DNA of 63,828 nucleotides, filler included, from Octopus bimaculoides (taxonomy: Eukaryota): the NCBI RefSeq assembly GCF_001194135.2. It is 5 parts of 4 records of this genome, joined end to end, with 100 filler letters (N's around TTAATTAATTAA, not from the genome) between each part and the next. Parts side by side here need not be neighbours in the genome. Positions count along the whole stretch, not along the records: positions 45,179 to 56,184 come from NC_068982.1; positions 56,285 to 62,018 come from NC_068997.1; positions 62,119 to 63,828 come from NC_069006.1; 2 more parts are not named here. One strand, 5' to 3'. The position numbers and the translations under genes are program-made. This document shows, piece by piece, positions 52,805 to 63,828 of the stretch (position 1 is the first letter of the stretch; each line of letters starts with the position of its first letter). The notes beneath the pieces are model-generated. The model searched no databases and was not told the origin of the DNA. It saw only the letters and a program-made list of their open reading frames with translations.

Positions 52805-54312
52805 TAATCATTATACTTTCACTCACCCACCCACACATACACGTTTTTAAAAAATGGAAGCTAAAGCATATTTAGGTTAGTGAGTCTTTTGTTTAGATAG
52901 TCTTAAAGCCACAAATGTGTCAGTAGTATATTTTGTTTTATTTTGTTTGGATATTGTTAAATCTAATTGTTACAGTCAAACAACTATTTGATAAAATAAA
53001 GTTCACACGCACACACACATAGAGTGACAACNNNNNNNNNNNNNNNNNNNNNNNNNNNNNNNNNNNNNNNNNNNNNNNNNNNNNNNNNNNNNNNNNNNNN
53101 NNNNNNNNNNNNNNNNNNNNNNNNNNNNNNNNNNNNNNNNNNNNNNNNNNNNNNNNNNNNNNNNNNNNNNNNNNNNNNNNNNNNNNNNNNNNNNNNNNNN
53201 NNNNNNNNNNNNNNNNNNNNNNNNNNNNNNNNNNNNNNNNNNNNNNNNNNNNNNNNNNNNNNNNNNNNNNNNNNNNNNNNNNNNNNNNNNNNNNNNNNNN
53301 NNNNNNNNNNNNNNNNNNNNNNNNNNNNNNNNNNNNNNNNNNNNNNNNNNNNATATATACAAAAAGGGACAAGAACACAAAACGTTCAGACAATTAGGTG
53401 ATACAAGAAAGGGACTACAAAGAAAACAAGGACAGGTCATTTGGCATTTTCTATCTTCAGTCAAGTTCCAGATTATCTTTGCAATTTCGGCTGGTTATAT
53501 TCGAGATTGCTCCAATCTGGCCAGCCCCAAGGAAAAACTAAGCTAAGAGTATTAGATTCCTTGGAAGGAAGCAGCGAATGTATACGAAAACGAGGAAGGA
53601 AAAAAAACAGAGAAATGTTACACAAATACGAATGCAATTAACAAGACATAACAACAGGTGTTTTTTGACTAAGGATGAATTAAATTAAGCTGGCTTGTGT
53701 GGAAGTAAAGCCTTATAGCAGGGACATAAGAGTTAACAAGCACAGGGAGGAATATAGATGTTGCACGGATGGTAGTTGAACCAAGAGAGAAAGATCAGGC
53801 CTGGCCAAACACCGGTCACGTGGGGAGAGAAGAGAGAGTGGTAGAGCCAGAGGAATAGAAGAACTAAGGAGAGGTGAGAAAAAAATGAAAGAGACACAGT
53901 AAAGTGAAAGAGGAGGGAAAGTGAGCATGAAAAGAAGGTCAGGGAATGTGAGAGAAGGGGAACAAAAGAATGGAGAGTAGAATGAACAAAGTGTGAAAGG
54001 GCTGATAGAAAGAAGGAAAGAATGACAGAATAAAAAGGATAATAGAGTCATACAAAATTTAGATATACTTACATATAAGATATACTTACATATAAGAGAC
54101 CAAAGTGTACATATGCCACTACACACACTATCAGGGCTTTAACTTACATGGATTTGTGCAGGATTGCACCTAAGGAATTATGGACTTATTTCTACAAGAC
54201 CAGAAAGTTGAACTGTGAACTTTTGTGCTTCGTTTTTCATCTCCTTAGTCATTTACTCCTGTCCTCTATGTCATCATTTCACTAATATATACCCTTCTCA
54301 TTTTCCTTATTT

Positions 54313-54368
54313 GTCTCTGATGACGGAATATCCCATATTCTGGGATATCCCGGAAACAGCTGTAAGAC
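54313..54368 (+). ncRNA. Type-I hammerhead ribozyme motif with long stem II and palindromic helix III
   Basis: GUCU-CUGAUGA-CGGAAUAUCCCA(UAUUC)UGGGAUAUCCCG-GAAA-CAGCUG-UA-AGAC; stem II pairs 11 of 12; helix III is the palindrome ACAGCUGU; predicted cleavage after A54364. Confidence 0.85.
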
Positions 54369-54593
54369 TTTGAATTTTTTTTCCAATAATAATAAAGTAT
54401 ATGACTTGAGATGTTTGCCTTGCCTTAATATTTGTTGTCATCTTTAACAATTATATATTTGCTATATCAGAAATTTACATTGGCTCCAAAACTACCATCT
54501 CGGCTATAAACTTTGGGGCCCTAGAAATCCGTTACAGCACTTACCTAGCATACCTACTCATTTAGATCACCTGTGAACTGAACCCCCATATTT

Positions 54594-54624
<31 letters not shown>

Positions 54625-54628
<4 letters not shown>

Positions 54629-54970
54629 TGAGACCCCCTTCAGTCATGTCTGACCATGGGATTGCACCTAGAAAGTTACCCTCCCAGGCACAAGTCCGGG
54701 CAAGGTTGTTTATGGAAGACCAGCAGTCGCCCATGCATACCAGCCTCCCCTCTCCATGCCACCAGTGTTATCCAAGGGAAAGGCAAAGGGGCCGATATAG
54801 CTTGGCACCTGTGATGTCACAACTCATTTCTACAGCTGAGTGAACTGGAGCAACGTGAAATAAAGTGTCTTGCTCAAGAACACAACACGCAGCCTGGTCT
54901 GGGATTTGAACTCACAACCTCATGATCATAAGTCTGATGCTCTAACCACTGGGCCCTGAGCCACGTACCT
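54625..54970 (-). mobile_element. tRNA-derived SINE (fourth family)
   Basis: On the minus strand: CCCAGTGGTTAGAGCATCAGACT...GAGTTCAAATCCC tRNA-like head followed by a SINE body. Confidence 0.75.
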
Positions 54971-55113
54971 TCACACACACACACACACACACACATGCAC
55001 ACATATATATATTATAGTAGTGTAGGCCAGTTTATGGGGTTACCCTGAGTTTCTCGCTTATAAGGGGTTTAGCCTTACGGTGTATCTTCAGATATGTATA
55101 CATGTGTGTGTAT

Positions 55114-55191
<78 letters not shown>

Positions 55192-56285
55192 AAATGCACG
55201 ATATAAATCATCTTAAAGGGATGTCAGCATCCAAGTTCCTTGGTTTTATCCAGTATATCAATGAAAAACCAAAGATGTTAGCTTTGCATTGATGGATATA
55301 CACTATTTTTTATGTATTAAAAATAAAGAAAACATAATATCTTCGGTATGTACATCCACAAATGCGCTGACAAATTTCCATTTACATATACATAAGTAAT
55401 CATAATCATCATCATCATCATTGTTTAACATCCGTTTTCCATGCTGGCATGGGTTGGACGGTTCGACCGGGGAATAGGAAGCCAGGAGGCTGCACCAGGC
55501 TCCAATCTGATTTGGCAGTGTTTCTACAGCTGGATGCACTTCCTAAAGCCAACCACTCAGGGGCCAAAGGAGGCTGGCAACAGTCACAATCAGTTCGTGG
55601 TTTTTATGTGCCAACTGCACGGAAGCCAGTCAAGGCAGCGCTGGCATCAGCCATGTTCGGATGGTGCTTTTTACATGCCACCGGCACGGGTATCACAACT
55701 ACATTTTCCATTTGATTTTCATTTTGATGTTGATGTACTTGACTCAATAGGTCTCCTCAAGCACAGCAGGTCGCCCTACGATCCAAGGTACTTTTGAATG
55801 GCTGGAGCTGGTTATGCAAAATTGGTGTAGGATACAGCCACAGTATTTAAAATACATCAGTTGCTGAAACGCACATATCTTGAGTCTATCAAGGGTCAAA
55901 CAACACATCGGAATGTAGCTCCTTTCGATCAAATTCTTCCCCTGAAGAAAAACCCAGTTAATGATATTCGATATGGAAATTTAATTTAATTTAATTTCTC
56001 AAATTGAAGTAATTAGGCATGGAAACAATTATAGGTGAAATTGAGTTTGATTTTATTCACAATCATATTATGTTCCAATGAATTAATGTCTATACGGCAA
56101 TTTCTTGTGTGTATATATACATATACACACAAGTATAAAATTATTTTATCGTTTTCTACCTTGTCTTAATTTCCTTATATATATNNNNNNNNNNNNNNNN
56201 NNNNNNNNNNNNNNNNNNNNNNNNNNNNTTAATTAATTAANNNNNNNNNNNNNNNNNNNNNNNNNNNNNNNNNNNNNNNNNNNNT

Positions 56286-56610
56286 TGTGCCTGTGACATG
56301 TGTAAGGATTTTCGAGCGAGATCGTTGCCAGTGCCTCTGGACTGGCTCTTGTGCGGGTGGCACATAAAATACACCATTTTGAGCGTGGCCATTGCTAGTA
56401 CCGCCTGACTGGCCTTCGTGCGGGTGACACGTAAAAGCACCCACTACACTCTCTGAGTGGTTGGTGTTAGGAAGGGCATCCAGCTGTAGAAACTCTGCCA
56501 AATCAGATTGGAGCCTGGTGTAGCCATCTGGTTTCACCAGTTCTCAGTCAAATCGTCCAACCCATGGAAAGTGGACGTTAAACGATGATGATGATGATGA
56601 TGATGATGAT
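56286..56610 (+). repeat. RTE LINE 3' tail copy ending in (GAT)n
   Basis: Same family as 61120-61450; reverse complement of 58033-58190 and 55405-55600. Confidence 0.85.
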
Positions 56611-57156
56611 TCTAAAATTACTACATCTTTAACCATGGCTATTGCAGTTAAATTTACTCTATAGTTATTCACTTTAACAACATACTTTCTTGGTTTTCAA
56701 CTCGTACTACTGTATGTTATGGAATTGCAACAGTAACTTAACATTAATCTACTGGTTGAAAAACTGACAGTTGTATTCTGTTTTTATATCATGTGCATTG
56801 TAAATTAAATATCATGAAATATATAATTAAATATGTATTACCATTGGAAACAATGAGAACACTGCATATTGAAACTGTTCCATTCGCCAACAATGGAGAG
56901 TCATCTTTTGAGTACAGTTTGGAAAGAATAGCTTCACTAGAATGAGTAGTCTTAGACAGAGGGTATGAAAATAAATCTTCATTTGTTGCCTCTATAACTC
57001 AAACTACTGACTTGACTATTACTACTCAACTTCACAGAACAGTGGCAATGGGGAAATGACACTAAAATAATGGAATACCTCATTCTATGAGTGATAACGC
57101 AATTGCAAAACATTTACCTCATTCTATGAGTGATAAGAGAGTTGTTGAGCACTTAC

Positions 57157-57292
57157 CTCATTCCTTAAAGTGATCTTTTTAAGTCGATGTAAAAAGAGTA
57201 GCAAAGATGGGTGAATGTCATTGAAACTAGCAGCAAGACATTTGGACTGTTGTACACCATCCTTTAAGGGTAGAATAATCTTTGTAACCCAA
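57157..57292 (-). CDS. NO VEIN-like / sacsin-like GHKL ATPase protein, downstream exon
   Basis: TAG acceptor (AG 57294-57293) and GAG|GTAAGT donor (57156); 136 nt, phase 2 in, phase 0 out; encodes WVTKIILPLKDGVQQSKCLAASFNDIHPSLLLFLHRLKKITLRNE, matching the NO VEIN-like motif W.TKI.LPLK...F.DIHPSLLLFLHRL..I. Confidence 0.9.
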
Positions 57293-57367
57293 CTATTAAG
57301 AAACGAAAAAAATTAAAGTAATGACTGAGAGATTTTTTAATAAATATTAAAAAAACAAAACAATATA

Positions 57368-57596
57368 TCATGCAGATGCTCCGCATTGCATCATTAGTGA
57401 TGTTGCTGGGTCCTCAGTGGGTTTCAGGTCTTTCAACATCAGATTCACTCACCCAGTTGACGCAGCCAGGACTGATCAAGTCCCAGCTTGCATCCCTATA
57501 GCAGCACTGGCCTGCCCTCTTTATCCAAAGTCACCTAGTGGCTGTCTCTGTGGATTCTATGATGAAATTTAGAGCCTTCCTTTTTGCAGCAGCATA
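57368..57596 (-). mobile_element. HERO-like non-LTR retrotransposon 3' end, intronic
   Basis: AAKRKALNFIIESTETATR*LWIKR followed by a 3' region CTGATGTTGAAAGACCTGAAAC...CATCACTAATGATG, recalled as typical of HERO ends. Confidence 0.65.
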
Positions 57597-58499
57597 GGAA
57601 ATTCAGAATATTTTATTGTATACTATGTTGATGTATCTAATATAGGTTTCAAATTTTGGTACAAGGCCAGCAATTTTTAGGGGAGGAACTATATTGACCC
57701 CAGGGTTCAAATGGTATTTATTTCATCAACCCCAAAAGGAGGAAAGGCAAAGCTGATTTCAATAGAATAATAACTCAGAACGTAAAGAGAGTTGAAATGC
57801 AGCTAAGCATTTTGTATGGTGTGCCAGATCACCAGCTTAGTTGTTGTATTGAATATTGTTGAATAATTTCAGTCAGCATGGCTAAAAAACAGATCATGGT
57901 GCAGCGATATGTTTTGAATGATTAGACATGATTACAAAGGTCATGAACATGAAATATTTCCTGCTTCAATTAGGTACGGGACCATGCTGAACACTAAATG
58001 TGGTGATGATGTAAAGCATAAAGTGTCAGAATATCATCATCATCATCATCGTTTAACGTCCGCTTTCCATGCTAGCATGGGCTGGACGATTTGACTGAGG
58101 ACTGGTGAACCAGGTGGTTACACCAGGCTCCAATCTGATTTGGCAGAGTTTCTACAGCTGGATGCCCTTCCTAACGCCAACCACTCTGAGTGGTTGGCGT
58201 TAGGAAGGGCATCCAGCTGTAGAAGTATATATATATATTATTAGGATTGAATAAAGAGAATTTACTGAGCCAGCTGTTTCAAGAATCATTTTGAGAAGAC
58301 AGTTAACAGATATCAATATCACAGATGACAATCCTACAATTGTTTATGACTTAATATTTGCCTACATAAGTTGAAGGAAGATGAACCATTAGTTCGTTTT
58401 ACACAAGGAAACAGTTGGGTCAAGATTGATGAAACTGTAAAATATTAATAAAGGGGAAAATACACATGTCAGTAAAAAAACTTTTTTAATGAAACTAAC

Positions 58500-58653
58500 T
58501 TATCTTCTGGATGAGAGCAGCTATCAATCCAGTGAGGGAGGATGTAGCCTGTTGGACCACTGTTCACGTCAAAATAAATGCGATACTTGTTGGAGTGGAT
58601 TTCAGGACGATCTGTTATTCTAAATACAGACTTGAATCCAATTCCCTTTTGAC
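58500..58653 (-). CDS. NO VEIN-like / sacsin-like GHKL ATPase protein, upstream exon (G2-box region)
   Basis: CTAG acceptor (AG 58655-58654) and GTTAGT donor (58499); 154 nt, phase 1 in, phase 2 out, compatible with the 57292 exon (AA|T = Asn); encodes GQKGIGFKSVFRITDRPEIHSNKYRIYFDVNSGPTGYILPHWIDSCSHPED; G.KGIGFKSVF is the sacsin/NO VEIN ATPase signature. Confidence 0.92.
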
Positions 58654-59479
58654 CTAGCAAGAACAGAAAACATTCAATATAAAGTATAAAAATAAGACAT
58701 TCACAGAAAATCTTGGATGAATGTTGATTATTGTCATGGAATAAACTTAGCTAATCAATATGAAAAGACCTATGGCAAGATTCAACTGAAAAATAAGAAT
58801 AAATCTATAGCTTCAATACAGAGGATCTACAGATACCAACATGTGTGTGTAGTTGGTTTTCATTGACTTAAAACTTTAATGGTTACTCAAGTAGTGAGGG
58901 AACACCTTTATTGTGGTATGTCTTTGTGGTAGCATATTCAGTTTTAAGATTTAGGGTTTAATACACCATTGTTTTAACATGTACTTTTCCATGCTTGCAT
59001 GACGGTTACAACTATTATGTGATGCCAAAGCAAGAAGACAATAACATATACACACCAGCCCTAATTCTCGAAAATTTCACCGGTCTCTCTCACTCTCTCA
59101 GTTTTGTTAACCACTCGCTTTCCCATGTTGGTTGTTAATTAGTAGCTCACTTTGTCTGTGGCTATGCCACATTGGCTTTAGCTAGGAAATAGGCCAGCCA
59201 GTGTTTTGCCATTGGATGTGTGCCCCCCCCCACCCGCCACCTATACCAGAAGTCTTTCTCTTCTAACCTTTACCAGATGTCTTTCTCCTGAGTACCTCTA
59301 ATGGTTTACTATGCAGAATGCTTCCCCTCCACCTCTATCCCTATCTAGTGTGTATTTCCTGTTGAACATAGTAATTATGAAGCGAATATAATGAAGGTGA
59401 AGTGTATGCAGATTAAAGCCTATTTGTATCTTTACAAGATCTGCCAAACGTACATGTGAGGTTTCTTTTCAGAGGCATA

Positions 59480-61450
59480 ATGCTGCTGTCCCCCATCCCA
59501 GGATCTTGTCAGCCCACACCTTCCACACCCTCAGAGTTGGCACACTTAATGTTGGCATATTGAAAGTAGGTTTGGTGAGAGTGTTGAGATGCTTGAATGG
59601 AGACGTATAGATTTGTGCTGCATTCAAGAAGTAGGGTGGAGAGGAAGTTCTGCTAGGTTCCTCACAGGCAAAGAATATAAGTATCTGAGTAGGGAACACT
59701 GATGGGGTTGAGGGTGTTGGTATTCTTCTTGCAGAGAAATGGGTTGATAAGGTAATCAAGGTAGTCAGAGTCTGTGATAGAATACTTAAGCTTAGACTAG
59801 TGCTGCAACATAAACCAGCAACCATTATCTAGGCCTATGCTCCTCAGCCAGGGCTACCTGATGAACAGAAAGATGGATTTTTATGACACCCTCTTGCAGA
59901 CTACCTCGTTGATGAATAATAGGGACCTTCTCTTTATGGCTGGCAACTTCAACGGGCATGTTTGACAACATCCAGGGAGCCTTCATGATGTGCATGGTGG
60001 CAACGGATTTGGTTCCTGCAATGAGGAGGGAAAGGGGCTGCTGGAGTTCTGTGATGCAAATGACCTACTCACCTGCCAGTCTGGTGGGTACACTAGTCAG
60101 ATTGACTACATTCTCACCAGGAAACGAGAAAGATGGTTACTTATAAATGCACCCCACAACAGTGGTTAGTAGTTAGCAACATCAGGGTCAGGGCTAAATT
60201 GCTGCCCAGAAGACGACCAGCATGAAAAAGAAGGGTCTGGAAGCTTAAGCATCCTCTAAGTGAACAGAGATTAAAAGACATATTACTTGAAACTTTTGAC
60301 GAAAAAGAAGAGGATATAGCATCATACATTGTGGAAGACAACTGGAGGTTCCTACAGGCCAACCTGTAGAGGACTAGTGACTGTGCAAAGTCCCCTCTCG
60401 ACCTAAGGTAACATGGTGTGGAGCAATGTAGTTGACAGGGCCATTAGGGAAAAGAAACAGGCATGGAAGGACTGAAAGTGTGGTGTTAACAGGGAGCTGT
60501 ATCAGATCTCCAGAAGTGAAGCTAAGAGACATGTTAGCCAGAGGGGAAGCAGATGAGAAAAAAAATTTGCCACTGTTCTGCGTCATGAGGACCAAAGACT
60601 TGAAGTGTTTCAGAGGAATTCAAGACAGGCTGCCCCTGGGAGATCCTCTATGCTGATGATCTTGCTCTAATAGCGGAGTCATAACCAAAACTAGAGAAGT
60701 TTCAGGTGTGGAAGCAAGGTCTAGAATCAAAGGGCCTTAGAGTTAACCTGGCAAGAACCAAAGTCTCAGTAAGTAGGAAGATGGACAAATCACAAATACC
60801 TTCAGCTAGATGGCAGTGAAACATGGGCTGTGACTGCTGAGGACATGCATAGGCTTGAAAGAAATGAATCTGGTATGCTCCGCTGCATGTGTAATGTCAG
60901 TATGCATACACAACAGAGTGTAAATGCCCTGAGAGAAAAGTTGGACATAATACGCATGAGATGTGATGTGCAAAAGAGACAATTGTACTGGTAAGGTCAA
61001 CAGTGGAGGGAACCTGTGGCAGAGGTAAACCCAGGAAAACATGGGATGAGGTGGTGAAGCATGACCTTTGAACATCGGGTCTCACAGAAGCAATGACAAG
61101 TGACCGAGACCTTTGGAGATCGTAGTTGTGGTCGATGCCAGTGTCGCATAAGTGGCCCATTTAAAAGCACCCTTTAATCATTGGGCAATATGCCGTGCTT
61201 ATGAAGACCTGTCGAACAGAGTGAAATTGTAGTCATGGCCAATGTCAGTGTCCCCTGACTGGCTCCCATGCTGGTGGCATGTAAAAAAACACCCACTACA
61301 CTCTCAGAGTGGTTGGCATTAGGAACAGTATCCAGTCGTAGCAAACTTGTCAAATCAGATTGGTGCCTGGTACAGCCTCCTGGCTTGCCAGTCCTGAGTC
61401 AAATTGTCCAACCCAAGCCAGCATGGAAAGCGGACGTTAAACGACGATAA
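59480..61450 (+). mobile_element. RTE LINE, internally deleted and decayed, with 3' tail
   Basis: HTLRVGTLNVG...IDLCCIQEV.WRG...GVGILLAEKWVDKV...CDRILKLRLVL...AYAPQ...GNFNGHV...SQIDYIL (APE); LLYADDL RT piece; GRGKPRKTWDEVVKHDL C-terminus; then tail. Confidence 0.9.
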
Positions 61451-61500
61451 CAATGAGGACACATAAATATTGAACAATGAGAGTAAGTACTTAACACCAC

Positions 61501-61645
61501 ATTGGTTTCATGTTAAGGAAGCCCTGAATAAATATCTAGCCTATCACATGGTATGTCAGTGTTCATCTCCAAAATAGGTATGAACACCAATGTTCCATGG
61601 GATAGGCCCGATAATTGCAAAGAGCTTCCTTAAAATGAAACCAAT
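61501..61645. mobile_element. MITE with 22-bp terminal inverted repeats
   Basis: ATTGGTTTCATGTTAAGGAAGC / GCTTCCTTAAAATGAAACCAAT (21 of 22 complementary). Confidence 0.75.
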
Positions 61646-61668
61646 AGTAGCCTTAATCCACAAATAAA

Positions 61669-61701
<33 letters not shown>

Positions 61702-61734
61702 CACACACACAATGGGTTTTCAGTTTCCATAGTT

Positions 61735-61998
61735 CTCCAGGCTATCACAGAGGAATTCAAGACAGGATGCCCCTAGGAGCTCCTCTATGCTGATGACCTT
61801 GCACTAATTGCTGAGTCACTATCACAATTATAGGAGAAGTTTCAGGTATGGAAGCAAGGACTAGAATCGAAGGGCCTTAGAGTCAACCTAGCTAAAACCA
61901 AAGTCCTCATAAGTAGGAAGGCGGACAAAACACAAACCCCTTCAGGTAGATGGCCCTGCTCGATCTGTAGAAAAGGAGTGGGAAGTAACTCTATAAGA
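61735..61998 (+). mobile_element. RTE RT catalytic fragment with adjacent Cys-rich segment (truncated by gap)
   Basis: LQAITEEFKTGCP*ELLYADDLALIAES...GLESKGLRVNLAKTKVLIS...RWPCSICRKGVGSNSIRCTQCKL. Confidence 0.9.
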
Positions 61999-63129
61999 TG
62001 CACCCAGTGCAAGCTATGNNNNNNNNNNNNNNNNNNNNNNNNNNNNNNNNNNNNNNNNNNNNTTAATTAATTAANNNNNNNNNNNNNNNNNNNNNNNNNN
62101 NNNNNNNNNNNNNNNNNNTATATATATGCATATATATATATATTATATACCTCTGTGCTACGTATTGCAACAGAAGTCTCATTCTACCTCACTCACAATG
62201 CATTGGTCGGCCTGAGGATATCGTAGAGAACGCTTCACCATGGTATCGCTCACTGGCATTGAACTTGAAACCACGTGGTTACCAATATAGCTTCTTGAGC
62301 ACACAGTCGTTCCTGCGCCGAAAAGAAATAAAACAAGAAGACAGAAATAATGAACGCCAACCAGAAATCGTTACAAAATGAAAGGGAGGAAGGACGGAAA
62401 GAAAGAAGAAAAGAAAGGAAATGTAAGAGCTATTAGACTTTTTAATAACGCCTCTATAACTACAAAATGCCTAACCGGGTCTGAACTCGATGTCCGAGAA
62501 TAAAGGATCTTATTTAAGACGAGCAATTGTGGCTTTACGTGACAAGGTTCAGTGAATAATTCTGATACACACACACACACGCACACACACACACACACAT
62601 ACCCACACACATATATACACATATATACGTACAAACACATAAGCATATACACACACACACACACATATATAAATATATATATACACGCAGATACAGACAC
62701 ATATGTATATACTCAGAATGGGTGTATGTGTGTGTGTGTGTGTGTGCTGTGTGGAGTGGCGCTTAGAACATGACTTATTCATCACTAAAGCAGCGATGTG
62801 ATCGGTTCACAGATTTCCTGCAAATGAAACTCTCTCAAGCGCTTCCGCTCTTTAACAGAAATGATTGAGAAAGTATTTCACCATAAGACAATATGGCGAT
62901 TGTAACCATCTTACTACTTCTCTTTCCTTCCTTCTTTCTTTATTCTTTCTTTCTTTTCTCTTTTGCTCCGTCTCATGTGTGATGGCGTTGCTGTTTTTAG
63001 TTAGTTTTTACTCCTTCGCTAATTATTTCAGTCATCCAGATTCGACCAAGTGGGAGCGCCGTCTTGTGGAGTTAGCCGAATATACCGACTCCAGTACTCC
63101 TTCTATCGTTCTTTTAACCGAATCGCTAG

Positions 63130-63131
63130 AT

Positions 63132-63201
<70 letters not shown>

Positions 63202-63223
63202 TAGATATAGATATATGCAGGTA

Positions 63224-63301
<78 letters not shown>

Positions 63302-63350
63302 CCTGTCTCTATACATAGATATATAGATAGATAGAGAGATAGAGAGAGAA
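63130..63350. repeat. Compound (TA)n/(GA)n/(ATCT)n microsatellite
   Basis: Direct inspection. Confidence 0.95.
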
Positions 63351-63828
63351 ACAGACACACGACTGAAGCGTGGTTCCACTGAGGCTCCGTCTGCCAAATC
63401 CAACGACAACGCACTGGGGCTTGAAGTAGAAGACAATTGACAAAGTGAGACAATTGCCAAATATCATGTGGTTGCGAAGTCAAGTTCTCAGCCACATTAG
63501 GATTGGTGAATAAAACAAAGTCTGGCTATTGTTGCTATTGTCATGGTCGTCATTTGTAAGGAATTCAACTGGACGCTCTAACCATGTCCATCCCCCCCCC
63601 CCGTTGTTTTAGAGGCTTGAATGCATTTGGGTTTAGTTTTTACCACTGTTTAGGACAGCATAATGTGATTTGACGGTGTTTGGCTGCTATTTCTAACAGT
63701 CTGCGGGAGAATTCATTTATTCTTCTACTCTTTTACTTGTTTCAGTCACTTGACTGTTGCGGCCATGCTGGAGCTCCGCGTTTTAGTCGAAGAAATCGAC
63801 ACCAGGACTTATTCTTTGCAAGCCTAGT

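Noticed and set aside
55800-55945. Candidate next NO VEIN-like exon after a TTTTTCTTCAG acceptor
   Set aside because: The required phase-0 translation (GKNLIERSYIPMCC...) lacks the expected family motifs and has no good donor

Overview
AT-rich, repeat-saturated animal genomic DNA from a draft assembly with many N gaps. Four gaps carry an artificial TTAATTAATTAA linker. The repeat complement (tRNA-derived SINEs, RTE LINE tails ending in (GAT)n, very dense microsatellites) fits a coleoid cephalopod such as Octopus; this is an inference. Only three exons can be tied to known proteins, all on the minus strand. Two are consecutive, phase-compatible exons (58500-58653, 57157-57292) of a NO VEIN/sacsin-like GHKL-ATPase gene. 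The third is an orphan DHX34-like DEAH helicase exon (3324-3484) whose motif III reads LAT instead of SAT. The rest is transposon debris: RTE LINEs, Penelope-like elements (PLEs), HERO-like fragments, Tc1/mariner fragments, hAT and piggyBac-type MITEs, a solo LTR with a perfect 5-bp target-site duplication, and SINEs. Most notable: (i) three different minimal type-I hammerhead ribozyme motifs, one downstream of a tRNA-like Pol III head; (ii) a 39-nt triplication of the 5' splice donor of a NO VEIN-like exon, with an in-frame UAG in each extension; (iii) competing inverted LINE-tail copies and a perfect 37-bp hairpin around the two NO VEIN-like exons; (iv) apparent CpG-depleted and CpG-retaining blocks that switch at scaffold joins. 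Almost all long ORFs in the supplied track are artefacts of N gaps, microsatellites or decayed transposons. No CRISPR array, rRNA gene or intact tRNA gene was seen.
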